DNA from: an uncultured Candidatus Saccharibacteria bacterium
Lineage (GTDB): Bacteria > Patescibacteriota > Saccharimonadia > Saccharimonadales > SZUA-47
Direction: 5' to 3'
Length of the DNA stretch: 64,000 nucleotides
NCBI GenBank assembly: GCA_964419675.1
Contig: CAYQPN010000003.1
Coordinates: forward strand, 75,985 to 139,984
Shown here: piece after piece, positions 18,755 through 27,204 of the stretch
Layout of the letters: each line of letters opens with the position of its first letter
Position numbering within the stretch: position 1 is the first letter of the stretch
Notes under the pieces: generated by a model
Told to the model about the DNA's origin: nothing
What the model saw: the letters and a program-made list of their open reading frames with translations, nothing else
Database searches by the model: none
Position numbers and translations under genes: made by a program

Positions 18755-19720
18755 TTATTCGTCGCTTTCATCTTCTAGTTCGTGGCCGATAATCTCTTCT
18801 ACTAAATCTTCCACTGTAACAATACCAACAATTTTTTCGTCTTTTTCAATTACAAAAAGATGAGATTTTGCAGATATAAATTTTCTAAATAGAGTATCGA
18901 GCGCTGTCATAGAACCAACAGTCTTTGTCTTGTGTGTTTTTAATTCGTCTAGCGTATAGCTACGTTCATCAAAATCTATATCTACAAGGTCTTTGAGTAC
19001 CAAAAACCGTTTGCATTCAGTAAAGGCTGAATTAAATATCGGGACTCTTGACCAGTTTTCAGCTTTTAGCTCGTCAATCTTAGCGGCATCAACAACATCA
19101 GACTCAAGCAAATAATATACATCCTTAAGTGGAATCATAATCTCTCTAACTCTCTTTTCGCTTAGCTGGAGAGCTCCTTTTACGATCTCTACTTCATCGT
19201 CATCAAGCTCACTTGCGTCATCCCCAAGATGGTCGTCGATCATAAGGCCTAGTTCATGCCGAGTATGTAGCCTTTCGCCTTCAGGCCCAATTATTTTATC
19301 TAATAAAATTTGCAATGGCTTAGAAATGGAATATGAAAGCAATATTATGAAACGCAAAAAAGGTGCGAACCGAGAAACTGCTTTAAGCGCATGTTTTGCA
19401 GCAAATGCCTGTGGCAAAATCTCACCAAATATGACAAGTATTATAGTGCTGATTGCACCAGCAACGAAACCGTTCATAAATTGAGCTAGTACCAATGATG
19501 TAGCGGAAATAACTGCCACATTTGTAAAAAGAATACTAGCCAGGTTAAGATGTGTTTTTTTTCTAATTGATAATGCTATTTTCGCATCTTTGTTTCCAAG
19601 CTTTGAACGGCGTTTTAAGTCTGTGATATCCAGTGATAACAAAGCCACATTTAAACCAGAGCAAATTGCTGAAACTATAACCAAACCAACGGCAAGTATA
19701 GCCAGTATTATATTATCCAT
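18755..19720 (-). CDS. CNNM/DUF21 transmembrane domain plus CBS-pair protein (HlyC/CorC-type transporter, no CorC C-terminal domain)
   Basis: 321 aa. Four N-terminal TM helices followed by two CBS-like repeats (VREIMIPLKDV..., IVGIVTVEDLVEEIIG). Confidence 0.78.
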   Translation of the reverse strand: MDNIILAILAVGLVIVSAICSGLNVALLSLDITDLKRRSKLGNKDAKIALSIRKKTHLNLASILFTNVAVISATSLVLAQFMNGFVAGAISTIILVIFGEILPQAFAAKHALKAVSRFAPFLRFIILLSYSISKPLQILLDKIIGPEGERLHTRHELGLMIDDHLGDDASELDDDEVEIVKGALQLSEKRVREIMIPLKDVYYLLESDVVDAAKIDELKAENWSRVPIFNSAFTECKRFLVLKDLVDIDFDERSYTLDELKTHKTKTVGSMTALDTLFRKFISAKSHLFVIEKDEKIVGIVTVEDLVEEIIGHELEDESDE

Positions 19721-19863
19721 TTTTCAACATTATACATATTGAGGACACTTGATGCTAATATTATAAGAGGTGTCAGCAGGAAAGCGGTCCTAATGCTAAT
19801 GCCTTTTACATTACGTCTGTAGAGGAATACAATGATACATAAGATAAGGATAGAAAAACTAGT

Positions 19864-20358
19864 ATGAAAGAATTATTTCACAGATTATCCGCCAGAGTTA
19901 GCATAGCAGCAGGTAACCCTTTTGCGTTTTTCCTTGCATTTGGCATAGTTGCTGTTTGGGCTATTACGGGGCCCGTATTTAATTTCTCTAACACCTGGCA
20001 ACTATTTATAAATACCGGTACAACTATTGTGACTTTTCTGATGATTTTCCTTGTTCAGAACACTCAAAACAGAGACGGAAAAGCTATGCAGTTAAAATTA
20101 GATGAACTAATTAGGTCTTCAAAAAGTGCACGCGACTCATTTGTTGGACTTGAGGACATAAGCGATGAAGAGCTTGCAGCACTTGATATGGATTTTAGAA
20201 AATTACACGAAGCAAAAGTTACAAGCCCAGAAATGCACAAATTGCACACTAAGGTGTTGGCTGAGCATGCTCGTAGAACAGGGCGTGAAATGGGCCGGGA
20301 CTTTGCGATACATACCAAAGAAAGAGTAGTCAAAACCTTCTTAGGAAAGAAATCGTAA
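19864..20358 (+). CDS. low-affinity iron permease family protein
   Basis: 164 aa. WAITGPVFNFSNTWQLFINTGTTIVTFLMIFLVQNTQNRD...LKLDELIR is typical of PF04120-like proteins. Confidence 0.7.
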   Translation: MKELFHRLSARVSIAAGNPFAFFLAFGIVAVWAITGPVFNFSNTWQLFINTGTTIVTFLMIFLVQNTQNRDGKAMQLKLDELIRSSKSARDSFVGLEDISDEELAALDMDFRKLHEAKVTSPEMHKLHTKVLAEHARRTGREMGRDFAIHTKERVVKTFLGKKS

Positions 20359-20439
20359 CTTAAATTTAACGGTTGCACTTCCACCGTAAAGCCTACATAA
20401 TTAGATTTAAGCAAAAGCACTTTGCTTAGATATTTTTAT

Positions 20440-21657
20440 ATGTTCGGATTTTCTAAAAATAGTAAAGGTTCAAAATCAGGTGGGGGTAATGACCCTTCAC
20501 ATTTTTTGCATGATGAGAAACAAACAGCAGGAGTAATCTTAAATGGTATAGATGACGCTGTTATTCTTATAGACTCACAAAACACTGTGCAAATATTTAA
20601 TCCTGCAGCAGCAAAATTAACGGGTTGGTTACAGAACGAGGCTACTGGCATTGACTATCGGTCAATTCTAAAAGTTGGCGATGAAACCGGAGCATTATAT
20701 GCGGACGCCCAACACCCTTTTTATAAAGTATTTCAGCAGAAACAAACTATCCGAGACACAAGCGCCACAATTACAAAAAAGGATAATACTCTCATATCAG
20801 TCGATATTAATGTATCACCACTACTAGACGAGAAGGGACTAGTTAGTGGTGCGGTGGGTGTCTTCCGTGATGTTTCTGAACAAAGGCAAGAAGAGAAACA
20901 ACGTGCAGACTTTATCTCAACAGCAAGCCACGAAATGCGTACACCGGTTGCAGCGATAGAGGGTTACCTAGCACTTGCACTAAACGACAAAGTTAGTGCA
21001 ATTGACGAGAAAGCCAGGGGGTTTTTAGAAAAAGCCCATGCTTCAACTCAGCACTTGGGCAAGCTATTTTCCGATCTATTGACCAGCGCCAAGGCAGAAG
21101 ACGGTAGACTAACAAGTCACCCCATTCCGGTAGAAATCAATGACTTTACAGAGAAATTGGTAGAGGACCTTAGGTTCCCAGCAGAGAAAAAGGGCCTAAA
21201 ACTCGAGCTTGTTTCCTCTCTGAATGCAACCGTCAAACCGCTTTTGTACGCAACTGTTGACCCAGATAGGCTAAGAGAAGTTATTACGAATCTTTTTGAC
21301 AATGCCGTTAAATATACAGAAGCAGGAACAATAAGCATAGGTGTTACGGGAGATGCGCACGTTGTTCAATTCCACATATCAGATACCGGACCCGGAATTC
21401 CAAAGTCAGATGTTCCACACTTATTCCAGAAATTTTATAGAGTAGACAATTCAGCTACTCGTACAATTGGTGGAACTGGTTTAGGTTTGTTTATATGTAA
21501 AAAAATAATTGAGCTATACTCTGGAAAAATATGGGTTGAAAGCGAAGAAGGCAAGGGGAGTACTTTTTACATAAACTTACCACGGTTAGACTCTGTCAGC
21601 GCAGAGAAACAGACCAGTATTATCACTCCTACTGTAGATTTGACAAGTAATGTATAG
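20440..21657 (+). CDS. PAS-domain sensor histidine kinase (cytoplasmic)
   Basis: ORF from TTG 20422; ATG at 20440. PAS-like region, H-box SHEMRTPV, N-box NLFDNAVKYT, DTGPGI and GGTGLGL. Confidence 0.88.
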   Translation: MFGFSKNSKGSKSGGGNDPSHFLHDEKQTAGVILNGIDDAVILIDSQNTVQIFNPAAAKLTGWLQNEATGIDYRSILKVGDETGALYADAQHPFYKVFQQKQTIRDTSATITKKDNTLISVDINVSPLLDEKGLVSGAVGVFRDVSEQRQEEKQRADFISTASHEMRTPVAAIEGYLALALNDKVSAIDEKARGFLEKAHASTQHLGKLFSDLLTSAKAEDGRLTSHPIPVEINDFTEKLVEDLRFPAEKKGLKLELVSSLNATVKPLLYATVDPDRLREVITNLFDNAVKYTEAGTISIGVTGDAHVVQFHISDTGPGIPKSDVPHLFQKFYRVDNSATRTIGGTGLGLFICKKIIELYSGKIWVESEEGKGSTFYINLPRLDSVSAEKQTSIITPTVDLTSNV

Positions 21658-21735
21658 ATTTAGTATGAACGATGTTACAATAAAACTTATAATGCTTATA
21701 AAGCCAAAAAGATAATCGGGGGATAAAAAGGCACC

Positions 21736-22944
21736 ATGGCAAAAATACTACTAGTAGAAGACGACAATAACTTACGTGAAATATACGAGGCGCGACTTCA
21801 GGCTGAAGGTTATGAAATAGTATCGGCCCGAGACGGAGAAGAAGCACTTACTGTGGCCATGAAAGAGCGCCCTGACTTGATTATTTCTGACGTTATGATG
21901 CCGAAAATCAGCGGTTTTGACATGCTCGACATAATTCGTTCCACTGAAGAGACTAAGAATGTAAAAGTTATCATGATGACTGCACTTAGCCAGGCTGAAG
22001 ATAAGGCAAGAGCAGAAAAGCTCGGCGCAGACCGATATTTAGTTAAATCACAAGTAACATTAGAAGATGTTGCAAAAGTTGCACGAGAGGTTTTAAGTGG
22101 CGAATCTCCAGCGCCAACACCTGCTGTACCAACAATAGCATCGCCGGCACCGGCTCCAGTAGTAAGCACCGTGGCGCCAGAATCAACTGTTGTTACTCCA
22201 CCTCCAACCGCTACAGTCCCAGTAGTCACGCCAATGCCTGCTGTGACACCAACACCCGTGGAGCCTACGGCACTGTCGGCTATAAGCCCAGTTGCACAAA
22301 ATGATAGTTCAATTCCTGCGCCAATCACACCACCTACAACAGATGACAAAGGCAGTAGTGACGATGATGAACAAAGCGCTATTGCAAAACAAATTGAAAG
22401 CTTTATAGATTCCAAAAAAGAAGACTCAACGCCTCAGGCTACATCTACTCTTAATCAAGCAAGCCCAATGGTGGCCCCAACAAATCCGCAAACCTCGCCA
22501 ACTATGCCACCGATTACACCTGCGCCGGTTAGCCCACTGCCACCTGTAGTACAATCTACTCCGGAAATGCCAGATGTAGGAAATAATTCATCCGAAAAAA
22601 AAGTTATCGAACCGATAGTAAATGATGCCGTAGCCTTACCTGATCTTAACGATTTGCTTAAAAAAGAAGAAGAAAAAGAGAAGATGGCAGAAGTTGCGCG
22701 GCAGATTGTAGAAGAAAACAATACACCACCGCCAGCAATTGCCATTGACGCAGCTAACCCTCAAGGAAACTCTGAACCTGTTCACCCAGAACCCGCCGCC
22801 GAGGAAAACTCAAACCCAGAGCCAGTAGCGATCTCAAGCCCAACAAATACTGGCACAAACATTGACGGAGTTATACCCCAACCCCCAGCTTCTCCACCTC
22901 AAAACGATCTACCAGCAGACGACCCAAACAACATCACTTTATAG
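21736..22944 (+). CDS. response regulator receiver fused to a ~280-aa Pro/Thr/Ala/Val-rich low-complexity tail
   Basis: 402 aa. A canonical receiver (LLVEDDNN, DLIISDVMMP, RYLVKS) covers residues 1-120. The remainder is low-complexity PAPTPAVPT... with an acidic/Lys island. Confidence 0.85.
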   Translation: MAKILLVEDDNNLREIYEARLQAEGYEIVSARDGEEALTVAMKERPDLIISDVMMPKISGFDMLDIIRSTEETKNVKVIMMTALSQAEDKARAEKLGADRYLVKSQVTLEDVAKVAREVLSGESPAPTPAVPTIASPAPAPVVSTVAPESTVVTPPPTATVPVVTPMPAVTPTPVEPTALSAISPVAQNDSSIPAPITPPTTDDKGSSDDDEQSAIAKQIESFIDSKKEDSTPQATSTLNQASPMVAPTNPQTSPTMPPITPAPVSPLPPVVQSTPEMPDVGNNSSEKKVIEPIVNDAVALPDLNDLLKKEEEKEKMAEVARQIVEENNTPPPAIAIDAANPQGNSEPVHPEPAAEENSNPEPVAISSPTNTGTNIDGVIPQPPASPPQNDLPADDPNNITL

Positions 22945-22978
22945 GTAACCGCCCCAAACCACGTATAATACCTTTGAC

Positions 22979-23644
22979 ATGCGTTTAAATAAGTTTTTGG
23001 CTAGCTATACCCACCTTTCAAGACGAAAGGCCGATGAGGCTATTTTAGAGGATAGGATACTGTTGAATGGAACAGTAGCGACAATTGGACAAGTCGTCAG
23101 CGAAGATGATGTTGTCAGTCTAGATGGAAAAATTGTTAAAACCGAGACAAGTAAGGTCACAGTACTTTTAAACAAGCCCGAGGGGTATGTTTGTAGTCGC
23201 AAAGGTCAGGGAAGCCCAACCATATATGACTTACTGCCTGAAAAATTTCAACCACTAAATATTGCCGGCAGACTAGATAAAGACAGCTCCGGGCTGGTAA
23301 TTTTAACTAATGACGGCGATTTACTCTTCAAGCTAACTCATCCTAGCCAAAACAAACAGAAAATATACCTTGTGACCCTTGACAAACCCTTGTCTTCAGC
23401 GGAATTCAAACAGTTGAAAAAAGGCGTTGATATTGGTGACGACAGACCAAGCTCATTTGAAGTGACAAAACTGGACCAAGCTCTAACTTATCAAGTCAGA
23501 TTATCCGAAGGTCGTAACCGACAAATCCGCCGCTCTTTCGAAGCTATTGGGTATGACGTCATTGAGCTACATCGAATTCAGATAGCGGGATTTAAACTTG
23601 GAGCAGTTAAAAGTAAGTCATTTACGCTTATTAAGCCTGAGTAA
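22979..23644 (+). CDS. RsuA/RluB-family pseudouridine synthase
   Basis: 221 aa. N-terminal S4 domain (MRLNKFLA...SRRKADEAI) and catalytic motif GRLDKDSSGLVILTNDG. Confidence 0.85.
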   Translation: MRLNKFLASYTHLSRRKADEAILEDRILLNGTVATIGQVVSEDDVVSLDGKIVKTETSKVTVLLNKPEGYVCSRKGQGSPTIYDLLPEKFQPLNIAGRLDKDSSGLVILTNDGDLLFKLTHPSQNKQKIYLVTLDKPLSSAEFKQLKKGVDIGDDRPSSFEVTKLDQALTYQVRLSEGRNRQIRRSFEAIGYDVIELHRIQIAGFKLGAVKSKSFTLIKPE

Positions 23645-23736
23645 CCTGTAGAAGAGCTTGAGCACTTAGCAAGATTATTATTCAATAATAATTTAAATTT
23701 TACAATATTCCTCACCTCTGTTATAATGATTAGTAA

Positions 23737-25131
23737 ATGAGTAAGACTAAAGTACCAATTGTGGCTATTGTAGGCCGAGCTAATGTAGGCAAAAGTAGCC
23801 TATTTAATGCTCTAATTGGCAGGCGTGAGGCGATTGTTGCCGATGAGCCAGGTACAACTCGAGATAGCATTACCGCCAAGGCTACGCTTGAATCTGGCAA
23901 AGATTTTTGGCTAGTGGACACAGCAGGGTTAAAATCTGCCGAGGATGACTTTGAACTTACAATTCAAGAACAGATACTCCAAGCCACCGATGCTGCAGAT
24001 GTTATATTAGTAACCGTTGACGCTAGCAGTATTATTACTGAAGAAGATAGACGAGTTACAAAACTAGCTCATAAAAGTAAAAAACCGCTAATACTACTTG
24101 TGAACAAGGCCGACAAAGCTAAGTCGTCACAAATTGAAGAGTTTAAAAAACTTGGTGTTAAACCTCTTATAGCAACATCCGCCACCCAGAAAAAGGGCTT
24201 TGCTGAGCTAGAAGAGGCACTAGAGCTAGCTTTGCCAGCTGCTAAAATTGATGAAGACGACGATAGAATCCGTATAGCACTTTTAGGGAGGCCAAACGTT
24301 GGTAAATCCTCGCTTTATAACTCTCTTGCTAAAAAACAACAGGCAATCGTGGCCGACAGGGCAGGAACAACACGGGACGTAAACCGCACCATCATCCGTT
24401 ATATGGACCGCGAGATAGAATTAATGGACACAGCTGGTATTCGGCGCCCCGGGCGCATAGACCGCGGTGTAGAGCACTTTAGCGTGCTACGGTCATTACA
24501 CGCCATCGAGGAAGCTGATGTATGCTTCCTGCTAATCGATGCTAACGAACTTAGCGTTGCGCTAGACCAAAAAATTGCTGGACTAGTCAAAGAAGCAGGT
24601 AAGGGACTTGTTTTAGTTGTCAGCAAATGGGACTTAAAAGAAAAAGACGCCTATACCCGTGACAAGCTAGCACCCCAGATTGTTGCAGATTTTATCTTTG
24701 TGCCTTGGGCTCCTTTAATTTTTACGAGTAGTGAAACAGGCAAAAACGTTCAAAAACTATTTGATTTAACTCTTGAAATTATGAATCGCCGGGTTCAGAA
24801 GATTTCGACTCGTGAGCTTAACAGCTGGATGAAAAAGGTAACAGACCGCCACCCGCCAGCAGGGCTTAAGAATCGCCAGCCAAAATTACGCTATATGGTA
24901 CAAGAAATTGATAACCCAATCCCAGCATTCAAAGTATTTGGTTCTCAAACTAAGTTTTTGCACTGGAGCTACCGACGTCACATGGAACGCATGATGCGTG
25001 AATCGTGGGATTACGCTGGTACACCTATCCAGATTTGGTATATAGACCGCGATGATACGAAAGATAAAGATTCTAAGTTTAAGAACAACGGCAATCGGGG
25101 CAAGACTTTCAAGAAAAAAGAATTGAACTAA
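23737..25131 (+). CDS. der: ribosome-biogenesis GTPase Der (EngA)
   Basis: 464 aa with two G domains (GRANVGKSSLFN/DTAG/NKAD and GRPNVGKSSLYN/DTAG/SKWD) and a KH-like C-terminus. Confidence 0.92.
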   Translation: MSKTKVPIVAIVGRANVGKSSLFNALIGRREAIVADEPGTTRDSITAKATLESGKDFWLVDTAGLKSAEDDFELTIQEQILQATDAADVILVTVDASSIITEEDRRVTKLAHKSKKPLILLVNKADKAKSSQIEEFKKLGVKPLIATSATQKKGFAELEEALELALPAAKIDEDDDRIRIALLGRPNVGKSSLYNSLAKKQQAIVADRAGTTRDVNRTIIRYMDREIELMDTAGIRRPGRIDRGVEHFSVLRSLHAIEEADVCFLLIDANELSVALDQKIAGLVKEAGKGLVLVVSKWDLKEKDAYTRDKLAPQIVADFIFVPWAPLIFTSSETGKNVQKLFDLTLEIMNRRVQKISTRELNSWMKKVTDRHPPAGLKNRQPKLRYMVQEIDNPIPAFKVFGSQTKFLHWSYRRHMERMMRESWDYAGTPIQIWYIDRDDTKDKDSKFKNNGNRGKTFKKKELN

Positions 25132-25138
25132 AATTGGC

Positions 25139-25735
25139 TCAATATTCGTCAGGTTGTTGGGCGTCGTCAAAGTCTTCTAGCGCTTGTGCCATGTCTGACT
25201 CCGGGATTGCTTCAGGATATGCGCTTGTATCAAAATGATCACTATTTAGATCTCCTAGCGCCGCCAAAGTAAAGCCACATGTTATCAGAGCTTCATGTAA
25301 TTCTTGTAACGTTTGGATTGGCACTATTGCCCCTGCAAAATCCATAATGCGCGGACTAATATCTATTTTTGGGTCCCAAACCGCAAACCCAATTTGCGTT
25401 GCTTCATCGCTATTAGTCCTCTCTACCGAGTGAAGACCTTTACGTATATCACACCGTCCATACAACGGTGGTACTTGTTGGATTATCAACTCACCGCCAT
25501 CGTCCAGAGAAAACGGGTCAATCCCTAGCGTATAGTAATAACCGTTGGCTTCAGCTTCAGGAACTACTGGGTCTGAGTTGTCGGCATCGACCAACTCTAC
25601 AAATGCATAATCTGCGAGCAGTGTTGAAACTTGTAGTGCAATGATTAATTCAAGTTCCGCTCGTCCTCGCTCATCATAAAGTTCTGCCCCGGTGGGACGT
25701 TCCACGCCCATTGGGAAAAGTTTCCATTCAGCCAT
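25139..25735 (-). CDS. hypothetical acidic cytoplasmic protein (orphan)
   Basis: 198 aa, strongly acidic, no TM and no motif recognised. Its stop lies 7 nt from the convergent der stop. Confidence 0.5.
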   Translation of the reverse strand: MAEWKLFPMGVERPTGAELYDERGRAELELIIALQVSTLLADYAFVELVDADNSDPVVPEAEANGYYYTLGIDPFSLDDGGELIIQQVPPLYGRCDIRKGLHSVERTNSDEATQIGFAVWDPKIDISPRIMDFAGAIVPIQTLQELHEALITCGFTLAALGDLNSDHFDTSAYPEAIPESDMAQALEDFDDAQQPDEY

Positions 25736-25923
25736 TCATACTATTATCCTGTGATAACTAAATTAAGCAAGCAGTAGCGCGATTAATTATATTTAAAGAC
25801 TGTACCGTCACAACACCACCTAAGCCTGAGACTTAGGAGATAGTTCTTACTATGTTAGTAGTAGGCCTATAACAGAAGGGGTTGTGCAGGCTATTTTTTA
25901 GTTTAGGTGTCTTTTCTCGCCCA

Positions 25924-25956
25924 ACTGTAAACTGTCAACTTAATACTGTAAACTGT
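25924..25956. repeat. direct repeat ACTGTAAACTGT x2 (21-nt period) immediately upstream of pth
   Basis: Identical 12-mers at 25924-25935 and 25945-25956. The second ends 5 nt before the pth ATG. Confidence 0.6.
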
Positions 25957-25960
25957 TCGT

Positions 25961-26596
25961 ATGGGTTTGTTTGAACGAAAAAGGTCTACTTTTGATTCTG
26001 TGGCGCCGTTATATACTATTGGCGATTCGCAGACTTTGCTTGTAATTGGGCTCGGTAACATCGGTAAGGATTATGTCGGCAACCGTCATAACGTAGGCTT
26101 CATGGTCCTTAATAAATATCAGACTAGCCACGACTTCTCAGGTTGGGTTACCAAAAAAGATTTAGCTTGTGAGATTTCTATCGGGCAAGTTGGATCAACG
26201 AGGGTTATCTTGGCAAAACCTACTACACTTATGAATAACAGCGGGGAAGCTGCTCAGAAATTGCAAAGTTTTTACCACGCATACAGCCCAGACACAGTGG
26301 TAGTTCATGATGAACTTGACATAGATTTTGGAACTATCCGTACCAGAGTTGGCGGAGGCAGTGCAGGGCATAACGGTATAAAATCTTTGCTTACCCACAT
26401 TGATGAAGATTTTGCTAGAATTCGCATTGGAATTGGACCAAAACAGCCACCTCAAATCAACAGTGCTGACTTTGTATTGCAAGATTTTGACGTAAAAGAA
26501 CAGAAAATATTAACAAAAATTATAAACGAATCCTGCACGATTCTAGACGAAAGAACCACCGGCCAATTAGACGAACGAACAATTACTATTACCTAG
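25961..26596 (+). CDS. pth: peptidyl-tRNA hydrolase
   Basis: 211 aa. LVIGLGNIGKDYVGNRHNVGF and VVVHDELDIDFG motifs, with a ~25-aa N-terminal extension. Confidence 0.9.
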   Translation: MGLFERKRSTFDSVAPLYTIGDSQTLLVIGLGNIGKDYVGNRHNVGFMVLNKYQTSHDFSGWVTKKDLACEISIGQVGSTRVILAKPTTLMNNSGEAAQKLQSFYHAYSPDTVVVHDELDIDFGTIRTRVGGGSAGHNGIKSLLTHIDEDFARIRIGIGPKQPPQINSADFVLQDFDVKEQKILTKIINESCTILDERTTGQLDERTITIT

Positions 26597-27155
26597 CACT
26601 TGGGGGCATCGCCGCATCATAGGCTCTGGCAATTCTTTCTTGTACTGATACTGGCCTTTCTGGTTGAGGGTTAGAAGAAACTGGCATCCAAAGTTGAATT
26701 TCCAACTCATCTATTCCTGAGCGTCTTGCTTGCTCAACTGCATTACCCCTATCGCCAATTAATACTGTAGGTAGACCATTCCTTCTCTGTGGGGATACAA
26801 ACTGAAGCCAAGTCGGGTCGGTAACAACTTCAATACCAGCAATTCTAAGAATTGGATAACGATGTTCATCAACGGTCCATCCAGCTCTGTTGTTTACTTC
26901 GGGATCAAGCCCCCGATCTCGCAGAGCATCAAGCATGCTTGTGGTAACTTGTCTACATCTTCTGGAAAACGGTATCTCCGATACTTCTATACCACTTGAT
27001 CTTGATTCAGCCCTATACGCCTCTTCAGCCGATTCAGTTATTAGTCTCGTCATCTCCTCATCTAACCCGCCAGAGACACCAACAAGTTGTTGGTTCTTAG
27101 GATTAAGTGGTGACTCCGCCCACGGTGGTGAAAATAGATTATTCGCCATATTCAT
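26589..27155 (-). CDS. hypothetical protein with transglutaminase-like (papain-fold Cys-His-Asp) core
   Basis: 188 aa. RRCRQVTTSMLDALRDRGLDPEV...DEHRYPILRIAGIEVVTDPTW fits the C...R..G(I/L)...H...DPT spacing of transglutaminase-like cysteine peptidases. By-eye call only. Confidence 0.4.
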   Translation of the reverse strand: MNMANNLFSPPWAESPLNPKNQQLVGVSGGLDEEMTRLITESAEEAYRAESRSSGIEVSEIPFSRRCRQVTTSMLDALRDRGLDPEVNNRAGWTVDEHRYPILRIAGIEVVTDPTWLQFVSPQRRNGLPTVLIGDRGNAVEQARRSGIDELEIQLWMPVSSNPQPERPVSVQERIARAYDAAMPPSAR

Positions 27156-27204
27156 ATTGTATCACACTAATGCTTAACTGTCAATGAGACTCCTAGCAAT
27201 GTTA

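Noticed and set aside
21810-22745. Antisense ORFs 21810-22415 and 22455-22745 opposite the response-regulator tail
   Set aside because: They mirror the low-complexity Pro/Thr/Ala codon repeats (Gly/Ala/Val/Ser-rich). The sense frame carries a bona fide receiver domain.
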